A DNA stretch of 64,000 nt from an uncultured Gemmatimonadales bacterium. Lineage in GTDB: Bacteria > Gemmatimonadota > Gemmatimonadetes > Gemmatimonadales > GWC2-71-9. Shown here piece after piece: positions 32,601-43,367 of the stretch. The stretch is from assembly GCA_963739455.1 (NCBI GenBank), contig CAVUAK010000001.1:160001-224000 (forward strand). The letters run 5' to 3'. Made by a program: the position numbers and the translations under genes. A model generated the notes under the pieces. It had not been told where the DNA came from. It ran no database searches and worked only from the letters and a program-made list of their open reading frames with translations. Positions within the stretch are counted from its first letter, which is position 1; each line of letters starts with the position of its first letter.

Positions 32601-32717
32601 TCTTCCCTCTTCCCCTCTTCCCTCTTCCCTCTTCCCTCTTCCCTCTTCCCTCTTCCCTCTTCCCTCTTCCCTCTTCCCGCAGTTACCTCAAGTCTTCAAG
32701 CCCTCAAGTCTTCAAGC
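32601..32717 (+). repeat. TCTTCCC x11, GCAGTT, CYTCAAGY x4 between convergent genes
   Basis: Read directly; the last octamer contains the K9 stop codon. Confidence 0.95.
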
Positions 32718-34391
32718 CCCCAGCTTCACCTGCCCCGCCCACGCATCCAGTTCACCCCTGATACACCCCGAAGCCTGCACCCCCCGCGCCCTCAGCTCCA
32801 CCGTGTGACGCCCCGCCGCGACTGGCCCCAGGTCCAGCACCCCCGTTCCATGCGCACCACCCAGCGCCACCGGACCAAGTGGCCCGATGCCCGATCGCAC
32901 AACGACCCCGTCCACCAGTACATCGAGCAGGATGTTCCCGCAGAACGCCGACGTCACCCGATAGTCCACGCTCAGCGGGCCCTTCGTCGTCACCTCCCTC
33001 GAGAACCCCTCATCGCAATTGAGGCCCGCCGAGCTGCACTCCACCACGAACGACTCGAAGCCCGCGGCATCCGTCCGCGACGAAGCACTCGACCTCGCGA
33101 TCCATCGCTCACGCCACCCAATCGTCACCACCGCGAGCAGCACCACAAGACCCAGTGCAAGCACACTCCGATGCTGCGACACGAACCGCGAGCTCCGATA
33201 CCAGAAACCGTCCCCGCCCGCGCCGACTGGCAATCCATCCAGGTGACGCCGCACATCCGCCGCCAGCTCTCGCACCGACTGGTACCGCCGCTCTGGTTCC
33301 TTCCTCAGCGCCTTCATCACGATGTTGTCCAGTTCGCCGCGAAGCCGCCGCTGCAGCGCCCTGGCACTTCCGTCGCCGGTGGCGCTCCAGATCTCCACCT
33401 GGGTCGCGCGCGGGCGCACCTCGTCCCCGCCCCGCTCCACCGGCCGCGTGACGGCGGTGCTCGGCTTCACCGGGTCGGTGTTGCAGACTGACTTCGCGAT
33501 CTCATGGGGCGCGCGGCTCAGGAACTGGTATGGCGAGCGACCCGTCAGCAGCTCGTAGAGCACCACGCCCAGCGAGTAGACGTCGCTGATCGGCGATGCG
33601 TGCTGCCCTGCGACCTGCTCCGGGCTGGCATACTCCGGTGTCAGCATCCGCCAGTCCGTCACCGTCGTCACAGCGTCGCTCTCGTCCGATTCCAGCAGCT
33701 TCGCGATGCCGAAGTCGAGCAGCCGCGGGGCGCCCGAGGCCGAGATGAGGATGTTCGAGGGCTTGATGTCCCGGTGCACCACCCGTTGCCGGTGTGCGTA
33801 CGACACCGCCTCGCACACTTCGAGGAAGAGGGTGAGCCGCTCGGGGATCGTGAGCTTCATCGCGGCGGCAAAGGCGTCGATGTGCTGCCCCTCGATGTAC
33901 TCCATCACGATGTACGGTCGGCCATCCGGGCTCGTTCCGGCGTCGAGCAGGCGCGCGATGTTCGGGTGCTCCAGCGACGCCAGGATGCGCTGCTCCTCCC
34001 GGAACCGCCGGAGGATGGCATCGGTGTCGAGGCCGCGCTTGGTAATCTTGATCGCGACGGACTTCTGGAACGCCCCGTCGGCCCGCTCGCCCAGGTACAC
34101 CGTCCCCATCCCGCCCCGCCCCAGCTCCCGCGCGATGCGATAGGCGCCAAGCTGCTGCCCGGTCATGGCGGCCTGTGCATCGTCGTCCAGCCCCGCCAGC
34201 ACCGCGCGAGCCGACGCCTCGCTCAGGAAGTCGTCGGAACGCGCATGCGCCGCCAGCAGGCGGCGCAATTCGTCGAGCAGGTACGGCTCGTCCGGGAAGA
34301 GCGTCTCCAGCCAGGCGGCCCGCGCCTCAGGCTTGAGCCGCAGCGCCTCCTCGAACGCCTCGTCGAGTCGTTGCCAGGTATCGGCGCTCAT
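32712..34391 (-). CDS. Ser/Thr protein kinase K9 linked to ECF sigma, with a small Cys-containing extracytoplasmic domain
   Basis: WQRLDEAFEEAL N-terminal region, GRGGMGTV, HRDIKPSN, DFG, TPEYASPE, TM helix. Confidence 0.92.
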   Translation of the reverse strand: MSADTWQRLDEAFEEALRLKPEARAAWLETLFPDEPYLLDELRRLLAAHARSDDFLSEASARAVLAGLDDDAQAAMTGQQLGAYRIARELGRGGMGTVYLGERADGAFQKSVAIKITKRGLDTDAILRRFREEQRILASLEHPNIARLLDAGTSPDGRPYIVMEYIEGQHIDAFAAAMKLTIPERLTLFLEVCEAVSYAHRQRVVHRDIKPSNILISASGAPRLLDFGIAKLLESDESDAVTTVTDWRMLTPEYASPEQVAGQHASPISDVYSLGVVLYELLTGRSPYQFLSRAPHEIAKSVCNTDPVKPSTAVTRPVERGGDEVRPRATQVEIWSATGDGSARALQRRLRGELDNIVMKALRKEPERRYQSVRELAADVRRHLDGLPVGAGGDGFWYRSSRFVSQHRSVLALGLVVLLAVVTIGWRERWIARSSASSRTDAAGFESFVVECSSAGLNCDEGFSREVTTKGPLSVDYRVTSAFCGNILLDVLVDGVVVRSGIGPLGPVALGGAHGTGVLDLGPVAAGRHTVELRARGVQASGCIRGELDAWAGQVKLGA

Positions 34392-34951
34392 GCAGCACCT
34401 GGTCCCTCGAGTGCGTCGAGCAGCCACGCCCGCGCGAATGTCCATTCCCGTTCGACCGTGGCAGCCGAGATATCCAGCACCGCCGCGGTCTCCTCGATCG
34501 TGAGTCCGCCGAAAAAACGAAGCTCCACTACCCGCGCCTTCCGTTCGTCCCGGTCGGCGAGTCGCTCCAGCGCGTCGCTGAGTGCGATGACGTCCACCGC
34601 CGGCTCCTCGCCTCCGCCCACCAGGCTGAGTGACACCCGCTCCTGCACGCCGCCCCGCTTGGCGGCCGCCCGGTCGCGCGCATGGCTCACGAGAATGCGC
34701 CGCATCATGTTGGCCGCGATGCCCAGGAAGTGCGCCCGGTTCCGCCAGTCCACCCGCCGCTGGTCAACCAGTCGGAGGTAGGCCTCGTGCACCAGCGCAG
34801 TGGGGGTGAGGGTGTGGTCTGGCCGCTCCCGGCCCATGTAGCGGACCGCGAGGTCGCGCAGCGCCGCATAGATGACGGGCAGGGCATCATCGAGGGCGCC
34901 CTTGTCGCCCTCACCCCACGCGATGAGCGACTGGGTAACGATGGTGTCCAC
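34388..34951 (-). CDS. ECF sigma factor of the kinase-associated type (ECF43/TIGR02999-like)
   Basis: RERPDHTLTPTALVHEAYLRL, AAKRGG, VELRFFGGLT; 4-nt overlap with K9. Confidence 0.9.
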   Translation of the reverse strand: MDTIVTQSLIAWGEGDKGALDDALPVIYAALRDLAVRYMGRERPDHTLTPTALVHEAYLRLVDQRRVDWRNRAHFLGIAANMMRRILVSHARDRAAAKRGGVQERVSLSLVGGGEEPAVDVIALSDALERLADRDERKARVVELRFFGGLTIEETAAVLDISAATVEREWTFARAWLLDALEGPGAA

Positions 34952-35014
34952 TGATGGGCCGGCTTTGGGATGGCACCAATATCACCCCCGTTACCCGAGG
35001 CCTCAACATCTGCC

Positions 35015-35098
35015 TCTTCCCTCTTCCCGTAGTTTCTGTTCCCTCCCCGCCCTCCCCGCCCTCCCCGCCCTCCCCGCCTTCCCCGCCTTCCCCGCCTT
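35015..35098 (+). repeat. TCTTCCC x2, GTAGTT TCTGTT, CCCCGCCYT x6 in divergent intergenic region
   Basis: Read directly. Confidence 0.92.
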
Positions 35099-35140
35099 CA
35101 AATCCCGCCGTAGATTCGCAGTTACGCACTGTTTTCCCTC

Positions 35141-36518
35141 ATGCCACGAAATCCCTTGCGCATTCGCTCCATCCGGCGCGCCATTATCGCAGCCCTGTCC
35201 TGCCTCGCCCTGGCGCACCCCGCCATGGCGCAGCAGGAGTATTCCCTCGCGGCCCCGATCCTCACCCTCGACGAGGCCATCGTCCTCGCCCTCAAGGGCA
35301 ACTACAGCGTCGAGAACGCCACCCTCGGTGTCGCCAAGTCCGGCGCCACCGTGAGCGCCATCAAGACCCATCGCCTCCCCGTCCTCCAGCTCGACGGTGC
35401 GGCCAACTACAGCATCCTGAAGCAGCCCTTCACCGTCCCACAGGGCGCCTTCGGCGACTATCCCATCATCGGGCCGATCCCGTACCAGGACACCACCATC
35501 GGTTCCATCGAGGGCTTCTTCGCCACTGCCTCGATCGGCGTTTCCCAGCCGCTCCTGCAGCTCTATCGCACCGGCCTCCTCGTCGAGCAGGCGGAAGTTG
35601 ACGACTCCATCTCGAGCCAGGGTCTGCGCAACAAGCAGCAGGACGTCGTCAAGTCGGTCAAGTCGCAGTACTACGAGATCCTCAAGACCGAGAACACCCT
35701 GCAGGCCACCAAGGCGAGCATCGCCTTCTACCGCGAGTTGGTGAAGCTGGTCGACAACTACGTGAAGCAGGAAGTGGCGCAGGAATACGAGCTGCTCGAC
35801 ACCCAGGCCCGGCTCGCGCGCGCCGAGCACAGCGCGCGGAGCCAGGGTAACGCGCTCATCACCGAGAAGGAGCGGCTCAACAACCTGCATGGGGCGCGAC
35901 CCCAAGACGCCGTTCCGCGTCAGTGAGGAACCGCCCGCGGCCCGCGCCGGCTATCCCTCCATGGTCGCCGCCGAGTCCATCGCGATCGCCCAGCGGCCCG
36001 ATGTGCAGGAGAAGATCCTCAAGCTCAAGCAGGCGGAGACCGGCGCGCGCATCACCCGCGCCGACTACATCCCGACGCTCAACCTCGTCATGCAGCTCAC
36101 CCAGCTCTTCAACGTCGACTTCGTGCCGCCCACCAACTGGATCGTCGGGCTCCAGATGCGCTGGGACATCTGGGACTGGGGCAAGAAGGGCAACGACCTC
36201 ACGAAGAAGAAGGCCGACATCGCGCAGGCGGCGAACGACCTCGATGACACGAGGGCGCAGGTCGCCATCGAGGTGGACAGTCGCATCCGCGAGCTCGAGG
36301 AAGCCCAGGAAATGGTGAAGGTCACGGAAATCAGCCAGGCGGCTGCCACGGAGAAGCTTCGCGTGCTTACCAACCAGTACAAGGAGCAGTCGGCGCTGCT
36401 CAAGGATGTGCTGCAGGCCGAGTCCGAACTCGCCGAGGCCAACGCGCAGCACGCCGACGCCGTTCTCTCCGCATGGAACGCCCAAGCCCAGCTCGACAAG
36501 GCACTGGGCCAGACGTGA
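35141..36518 (+). CDS. TolC family outer membrane protein; frameshift near 35887
   Basis: Signal peptide, LTLDEAIVLAL..N, AIAQRPDV, YIPTLNL, WDIWDWG. Confidence 0.85.
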
Positions 36519-37654
36519 ACCTCTCAACTCTGAACTCTCGACTCTGGACCTTTGTCGCTCTCTGTGCGGCGGCATGCAAGTCCGCACCTCCAAGCGAGCC
36601 CCCCGGCACCCCGGTTCGCACCCAGCTCGTCGAGACCGCGGGCGCCACCAGCGGCATCCGCTATTCCGCCAACGTCATCCCTCGCGCCCAGGTCGACGTC
36701 GCCTTCAAGGTCAACGGCTACGTCGACGCCATCCGCCAGGTGAAGGGCGCCGATGGCCGCACCCGCGACCTGCAGCAGGGCGACGTCGTGCCCGCCGGTT
36801 CCATGCTCGCCAAGGTGCGCGACACCGACTACGTCGACAACGTGAAGAAGGCGCAGGCCAACCTCGACAAGGCCAACGCGGCAGTCGAGAAAGCCACCAA
36901 CGATTTCCGCCGTGCCACCAACCTCAAGGCCACCAATAGCATCACCGGCCCCGACTACGACTCGGCGAAGCAGGAATACGAAACCGACAAGGCCGCCGTC
37001 GACGGCGCCAAGGCCCAGCTCAACGAGGCCCAGACCAACCTCGGCTATGCCACGCTGGTCGCACCAATGAATGGCGTGCTGCTGCAGCGGAAGATCGAGG
37101 TCGGTGACCTCGTCGGTCCCGGCACCACCGGCTTCGTCCTCGCCGACGTCTCCTATGTAAAGGTGGTGTTCGGCGTGCCCGACGTGATGCTCAACCGCGT
37201 GTCACTGGGCCACAAGATCCAGATCTCCACCGCCTCCGTGCCCGGCAAGCTCTTCACCGGCACCGTCACCGCCATCTCCCCCTCGGCGGACGCCAACACC
37301 CGCGTCAGTGAGGTCGAGGTGTCGGTGCCCAATGCTGATGGCGCGCTCCGCGACGGCATGGTCGCGTCCCTCGAGATCGGCGCGAAGCCTGGCCCGGCCG
37401 CCACTGCGCGCGCCGAGGCAGTGGCGGTTCCGCTCGCCGCCGTGGTGCAGTCAGGCCAGGGCAATGCCTCCTACGGCGTCTTCGTGGTCACCACCGAAGG
37501 CAAGAAGGACGTCGCGAAGCTCCATCAGGTGGAGCTGGGGCAGGTGGTGGGCAACTCCGTGATCGTGAACTCCGGCCTCGAGTCCGGCGCGCGCATCATC
37601 GTCACCGGTGCCACGATCGTGCGGGACGGTGATACCGTCCGGCCCATTCAGTAG
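36515..37654 (+). CDS. RND efflux periplasmic adaptor (MFP), lipoprotein
   Basis: AAAC lipobox, VAFKVNGYV, LVAPMNGV, GLESGARII. Confidence 0.9.
   Translation: MNLSTLNSRLWTFVALCAAACKSAPPSEPPGTPVRTQLVETAGATSGIRYSANVIPRAQVDVAFKVNGYVDAIRQVKGADGRTRDLQQGDVVPAGSMLAKVRDTDYVDNVKKAQANLDKANAAVEKATNDFRRATNLKATNSITGPDYDSAKQEYETDKAAVDGAKAQLNEAQTNLGYATLVAPMNGVLLQRKIEVGDLVGPGTTGFVLADVSYVKVVFGVPDVMLNRVSLGHKIQISTASVPGKLFTGTVTAISPSADANTRVSEVEVSVPNADGALRDGMVASLEIGAKPGPAATARAEAVAVPLAAVVQSGQGNASYGVFVVTTEGKKDVAKLHQVELGQVVGNSVIVNSGLESGARIIVTGATIVRDGDTVRPIQ
36523..36550 (+). repeat. Heptamer repeat x4 in MFP signal peptide n-region
   Basis: CTCAACT CTGAACT CTCGACT CTGGACC. Confidence 0.8.
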
Positions 37655-37661
37655 GCATCGC

Positions 37662-40600
37662 GTGGGCACTCGCGGAGGAACGCGAGCGGCAACTGCTCGA
37701 GAAGGAGAAGCAGACTCACAACACCGCGCGGTTCTTCGTCGAGAACCGGCACATCTCGTGGGTGCTGCTCGCCACCGTCCTCACCTGGGGCCTCTACGGC
37801 TACCGGAACATGCCGAAGCGGAAGGATCCCGCGATCCCCGTCCGCGTCGCCACCGCCATCACCCCCTGGCCCGGCACCAGCGCGCAGGAAATCGAGCAGC
37901 TCGTCACCCGCCAGATCGAGGCCACTGCCGCACAGAGCTCCGTCATTCATCCTTCCGGGGCCGGCGACTTCGGCATCAAGTCGCTCACCCTTCCCGGTGT
38001 CTCCATCGTCCAGATCCAGCTCGACGAGAGCGTGAGGGACCCCGAGAAGGAATTCAACGACATCAACCTCAAGCTCGCCGCCCTCAACCCCAGCCTGCCC
38101 GCAGGGCGCCGGGCCGATCCAGTTCAACAGCGGTTTCGGCGAGACCAGCGCGCTGCTGCTCTCGGTGGCGAGCCCCAAGGCGGGCGCCGTCGAGCTCTCG
38201 TTGCGGGCACGTGACCTCTCAGCGGCGATCGGGCGCGCACGCGAGGGCATCCCGCGCCGACAGCGCGCGTCCCCGCGCGGCACTCGTCATCGCGCTGCCC
38301 CAGGCGGTGAGCCCCGCCATCGTCGATCGCGCCCTGGAGACCTTCGACGGCGCCGTCCGCACCGAACCGTTCGCCAGCGGCATCATTGACCCTGCGCGGC
38401 CCCGGCTTCGTCGGCGTCGATCTCGCCACCAGTGCCAGCGACGACCGCGCTCGTGGCCTATGTGCAGGACTTCATGCAGAACCGGCTCGGCTACAGCGGC
38501 TTCTACACCGACGCCTGGCCTGCCATCGTCATTCGGGACACCTCGGAAACGCTCGCGCGCCTCACCGAGAATGCCGGGGACAAGTACACCTATCGCGAGC
38601 TCGACCAGTTCACCGACCTCCTGCAGCGGCGCCTCCTGAGCGTGCCGCAGGTGTCGAAGATCCTGCGCTCCGGCGTGCTCGCCCGAGCAGGTGCTTCTCG
38701 GCTACTCGCAGGAACAGCTCGCCGCCTACAACCTCCAGCCGACCAGCATCAAGGAGATCCTCACCGCCCGGAACACCACCATTCCCGGTGGCCTCTTCCA
38801 GGCCGGCGACATCAACGTGCAGGTGCAGCCCTCCGGTTCCTTCAGTGACGCGCGGGAGATCGGCGGCGTCATCATGACTCGCACGTCGTCGGGGCTGCCG
38901 GTGTACCTGCGCGACATCATGGACATGTATCGCGGGTACCAGACGCCGCCCCGCTTCCTCAACTTCGTCACCCGGCAGGACGAGCACGGAAGCTGGCAGC
39001 GCAATCGCGCCATATCGCTTGGCATCCAGATGCGGGACGGCGAGCAGATCGACGCCTTCGGCCGGGAAATCGACAAGGCACTCGGCACCATGGCGGGACG
39101 CCTCCCCGCCGACCTGATCATCGATCGCACGTCCGACCAGCCGCTGCAGGTGAAGGAGAACCTCGATCTCTTCATGGACGCGCTGTACGAGGCCATCGCG
39201 CTGGTGGTGCTCGTGGCGCTCATCGGCTTCTGGGAGTGGCGCGCCGCCCTCCTCATGATGCTCGCCATCCCGATCACGCTGTCGATGACCTTCGGCATCA
39301 TCTACCTGCTCGGCATCGACCTGCAGCAGGTGTCGGTCGCGACGCTCATCCTGGCGCTCGGCCTGCTGGTGGACGATCCCGTCGTGGCGGGTGACGCGAT
39401 CAAGCGCGACCTCGCCGCCGGCGACCCGCCCATCCAGGCCGCCTGGTGGGGACCCACCAAGCTGGCGACGGCGATCCTCTTCGCCACCGTCACCAACGTC
39501 GTGGCCTACCTGCCGCTGCTCCTGCTCACCGGAAACCAGGGAGACTTCCTCCACAGCCTGCCCATCGTCATGGCGTCGGCGCTCATCGCCTCGCGCATCG
39601 TGTCGATGACCTTCATTCCGCTCCTTGGCTACTACATCCTCCGCGCACCGAAGAAGCAGGAGCCCACCATCGAGGAGCGCCGCACCCGCGGCTTCACCGG
39701 CTGGTACTACCGGGTCGGCAAGTATGCCATCGAGCATCGGCGCATGGTCTTCGCCGCGTCCCTGCTTTTCATTGCGAGCGGTGCCTTCTTCAACCGGCAC
39801 CTGAGGCGCGCCTTCTTCCCCGACGACGTGCAGTACCTGTCGTACGTGGACATCTGGCTCCGGAACGCTGCTGCACTCCCCACCACCAACGACGTGGCCC
39901 GGGAAGCGGAGACGGTGATCCGTGAGGTGGCGGCGCAGTATGGCAGGGAGCACCCGGAGCACGGCAAGCCGACCGACGTGCTCGAGTCGATTACCGCCTT
40001 CGTGGGCGGGGGCGGCCCGCGCTTCTGGTTCTCGGTGTCGCCCGAGCTCCAGCAGCTCAACTATGCCCAGCTCATCGTGAAGGTGAAGGACAAGGACATC
40101 ACGCCCCGCATCGTGGGACAGATGCAGGACTCCCTCACCAGCCGGGTGCCCGGCGCGTTCATCGACGTGCAGCAGCTGCAGACCAACCCGGTGCAGTATC
40201 CGGTGGCCGTTCGCATCATTGCCCCGGCAGCGACGGCGGGAGACGAGGCCGCGAATGCCCGGGTGCTGCGCGGCATTTCCATGCAGGTGAGGGACATCCT
40301 CCGGAAGTCACGCCATGCCGCGCGCATCCGCGACGACTGGGGCGAGGAAGTGCTCGTCACCCGACTCGATGTCGATCCCGATCGCGCCAATCTTGCCGGG
40401 CTCACCAACCAGGATGTGGCTGCGTCATCGTCCGCCGGCCTCAACGGCACCCAGGTCGCCATCCTGCGCGAGGACAACAAGCAGATCCCCATCATTGCCC
40501 GGCTGCAGCCGCGCGAGCGGCCCGAGCTGAGCGACCTGCGCAACCTTTACATCTTTTCCACCGAGGACAAGAACAAGATCCCCATCGGGCAGGTGGCCAC

Positions 40601-41321
40601 CATCAGCCTTGGCATGGAGACCCAGCGCATCCGCCGGCAGGATCAGGTGCGCATGATGACGGTCTTCTGCTTCCCCATTCCCGGTGCGCTGGCATCCGAT
40701 GTCTACAACGACGTCGCAGCGCCGATCGCCGAGCTGAGCCGGAACATGTCTCCCGGCTACAAGCTCGTGGTGTCCGGTGAGCAGGCGAAGACCACCGAGG
40801 GATTCGGCCAGCTGCTCGGCGTCATGGCCATTTCGGGCTTCATGATCTACCTGGCGCTGGTGCTGCAGTTCCGCAATGCGGTGAAGCCATTCATCGTGTT
40901 CGCGGCGGTGCCCTATGGCCTCGTGGCTGCGATGGCATCGCTCTGGGTCATGCAGAGCAGCTTTGGCTTCATGGCGCTGCTCGGCATGGTGAGCCTCATC
41001 GGCGTCATCGTGAGCCACGTCATCGTGCTCTTTGACTTCATCGAGGAAATGCACGCGAAGGGGGAGCCGTTCGAGGATTCATTGCTCGACGCCGGCATCA
41101 TCCGCCTGCGGCCGGTGCTCATTACCGTGCTCGCCACCGTGCTGGCACTGTTTCCGCTGGCGCTGCATGGCGGCCCGCTCTGGCAGCCGCTCTGTGTTGC
41201 CCAGATCGGTGGCCTCCTCTTCGCCACGGTGGTCACGCTGATTCTCGTGCCGGTTATCTATTCCATCGCCGTCCTCGATCTCAAAGTCATCAAATGGGAA
41301 ACGAAGGAGTCCGAATCATGA
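37662..41321 (+). CDS. AcrB/AcrD/AcrF family RND permease, several frameshifts in the 5' third
   Basis: WPGTSAQEIEQLVT, GLLVDDPVV, RLRPVLIT, LWQPL. Confidence 0.9.
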
Positions 41322-41791
41322 ACCTCACGTCCTCACGCCTTCACGTCCTCACGTCTCGCGGAGCGCTCACGTCTTCACGTCTTCACGTCCTCACGTCACG
41401 CGCCGCCGCGATCTTCGTACTCGCACTGCTCCCCGCCCGCGCTGCGGCGCAGTCCATTGCCGGCGTGTGGTTTACCGAGGACAGTTCATCCAAGGTCACC
41501 ATCACCCAGAGCGGCAACGCCTACACCGGCAAGGTCAGCTGGGTAAAGAAGGATGGCGCCGTGGACGCGAAGAACAGTGATGCTTCGCTCCGCACCCGTC
41601 CCATCCTCGGCATCGACATCCTCACCGGCTGCACCGGCGACGCGACATCCGCCAAGGGCTGCCGCATCTACGCGCCCAGGAAGGGCTCCACCTACGACGG
41701 CGAGCTGAACCTCGACAAGGATGGAACGCTGAAGGTGAAGGTGAAGGCCGGTATCGGCGGGAAGACCCAGACTTGGACCCGCGCCTCTTAA
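41318..41791 (+). CDS. DUF2147 family secreted protein with repeat-derived N-terminal extension
   Basis: IAGVWFTED, D.KN....LRTRPILG, IYAPRKGSTY, KTQTWTR. Confidence 0.8.
   Translation: MNLTSSRLHVLTSRGALTSSRLHVLTSRAAAIFVLALLPARAAAQSIAGVWFTEDSSSKVTITQSGNAYTGKVSWVKKDGAVDAKNSDASLRTRPILGIDILTGCTGDATSAKGCRIYAPRKGSTYDGELNLDKDGTLKVKVKAGIGGKTQTWTRAS
41323..41396 (+). repeat. Octamer repeat, two blocks of four, at DUF2147 N-terminus
   Basis: CYTCACGY x4, 10-nt spacer, x4; encodes LTSSRLHVLTSR twice. Confidence 0.9.
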
Positions 41792-42318
41792 TACTGCTCC
41801 TCCTGGTCGCGGCGCCTGGCCTTCACGCCCAGGCGCCAGCCACGCCACCTTCCTGGCTCTTTGTCGTTCGCCCCGTACTGGGGATCTTCGCCGGGCTCGT
41901 CGTGGTCGGGGGGCTCATTTCAGGCAGGCTGCTCCGTGGATGGACCGGCCTCTTTCTCGTCACCACCATCCTCACCAATGCCACCGGCTTCCTCTTCCCC
42001 TTCATCAAGCTCTTGCCCTCGCATATCCTGGGCCGGCTGTCGCTCGTGCTCCTGCCGATTGCGCTCTACGCGCTGTACGGCAAGCACCTCGAGGGCGGAT
42101 GGCGGAAGGTCTTCGTCATCCTCAGCACCATGACGCTCTACTTCAACTGCTTCGTGCTGGTGGTGCAGCTCTTCTCCAAGTTCCCGCTGCTCATCGCCAC
42201 GGCACCGACGCAGAAGGAACCGCCCTTCGCCATCACGCACCTGATTGTCCTGGCCCTGTTCATCTGGCTCGGGCGCGCTGCGGTGAAGGGCTTCCGCAAC
42301 GGGAGCGCTGCTGCCTGA
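41773..42318 (+). CDS. Hypothetical membrane protein (start uncertain)
   Basis: Five to six hydrophobic segments, coding-like codon usage. Confidence 0.7.
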   Translation: MDPRLLILLLLVAAPGLHAQAPATPPSWLFVVRPVLGIFAGLVVVGGLISGRLLRGWTGLFLVTTILTNATGFLFPFIKLLPSHILGRLSLVLLPIALYALYGKHLEGGWRKVFVILSTMTLYFNCFVLVVQLFSKFPLLIATAPTQKEPPFAITHLIVLALFIWLGRAAVKGFRNGSAAA

Positions 42319-42338
42319 CCTGGCCGGGAACCCCTGAG

Positions 42339-42962
42339 GTGCGCCGTTCGCTGGTTTGTGCCGCGCTGGCGGTTGCGGCTGTGCGGGTATCCGCAGCTCA
42401 GCAACTGGGAAGCCTCAAGTCCGCGGTCGATGCGCGCGTTGGGTCGCAGGGTCTCCTCGTGTGGGCCGGCGACCGGCCGCTCGCGCGAGGCGACTTCCGC
42501 GGCATCGTACCGGCCGATACCAGTGCGCTCGGCGCGGTGTCCGCGGTTGGACTCCTGCATGCCATCATTTGCGACGCGAAGCACTTCGAGTTCGCAGTAG
42601 TCCCGTTCTTCATTCCTGACAGCTCGTGGACCCGCCCTGAGGTGCTGCGCAACGATGCCCGCGGCGCGTACGAGCTCGCGCACGAGCAAGGACACTTTGA
42701 CCTCACTGAGATATCGGCCCGGCAGCTCCGGGCCGAGTTGGCGCACTTCAACGTGGCCTGTGACTCCGCCACCGATGTGTTCACGACCATTGCCGATGCT
42801 GCGGTCGCGCGCCATGCCGCGCTGCAGGTGCAGTATGACAATGAGACGGTGCACGCACTGAAGGTGCCGGAGCAGGAGCGCTGGCTCGCGATGATAAAGG
42901 CCCTGCTGGATACCGTGCCGGCGGGCACCGCCGTGACGAACCGCAAGTACTGGAAGCCCTGA
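42339..42962 (+). CDS. DUF922-like putative secreted Zn-dependent protease
   Basis: W...RPL...DFRG, LAHEQGHFDLTEI (HExxH), YDNET.H. Confidence 0.7.
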   Translation: MRRSLVCAALAVAAVRVSAAQQLGSLKSAVDARVGSQGLLVWAGDRPLARGDFRGIVPADTSALGAVSAVGLLHAIICDAKHFEFAVVPFFIPDSSWTRPEVLRNDARGAYELAHEQGHFDLTEISARQLRAELAHFNVACDSATDVFTTIADAAVARHAALQVQYDNETVHALKVPEQERWLAMIKALLDTVPAGTAVTNRKYWKP

Positions 42963-43075
42963 CCTTGCCAAGGGCACTGGTTGGCCCCAGATAAGGAGGT
43001 GTGGCATATCCCACGGGCTGGGGCCTCGCCCGGTGCGATGCGACAACTGGGGCCCGTTTCTCCGAGGAGGGCGTC

Positions 43076-43360
43076 ATGATCATCATCCGCAACACCTTCA
43101 TCGCGAAGCCCGGCAAGGCCAGCACGCTCGCCACCCAGCTCAAGGCCGGGCTCGCCGCCGGCAAGGTGCCGAAGAGTCGCGTGCTGACCGACCTGACCGG
43201 TGACTTCAACCGCGTCGTCATGGAGACCGAAGTGGAGGACCTGGGTGGCGTCGAGGCAAACATGAAGCGCTACCAGACCGACGACGCCGTCCGTGCCGCC
43301 ATGCAGGGCTACACCGACCTGTTCATCGGCGGCCATCGGGAGCTGCTCCAGACGGCCTGA
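43076..43360 (+). CDS. Small hypothetical protein, dimeric alpha/beta-barrel (NIPSNAP-like)
   Basis: GAGGAGG RBS; RNTFIAKPGKA...RVLTDLTGDFNRVVME. Confidence 0.7.
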   Translation: MIIIRNTFIAKPGKASTLATQLKAGLAAGKVPKSRVLTDLTGDFNRVVMETEVEDLGGVEANMKRYQTDDAVRAAMQGYTDLFIGGHRELLQTA

Positions 43361-43367
43361 TTCGCAG

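Noticed and set aside
34872..35601. ORFs with PSPPSP, LPALPA or GGEGGE low-complexity peptides
   Set aside because: Translations of the intergenic nonamer tract rather than supported genes.
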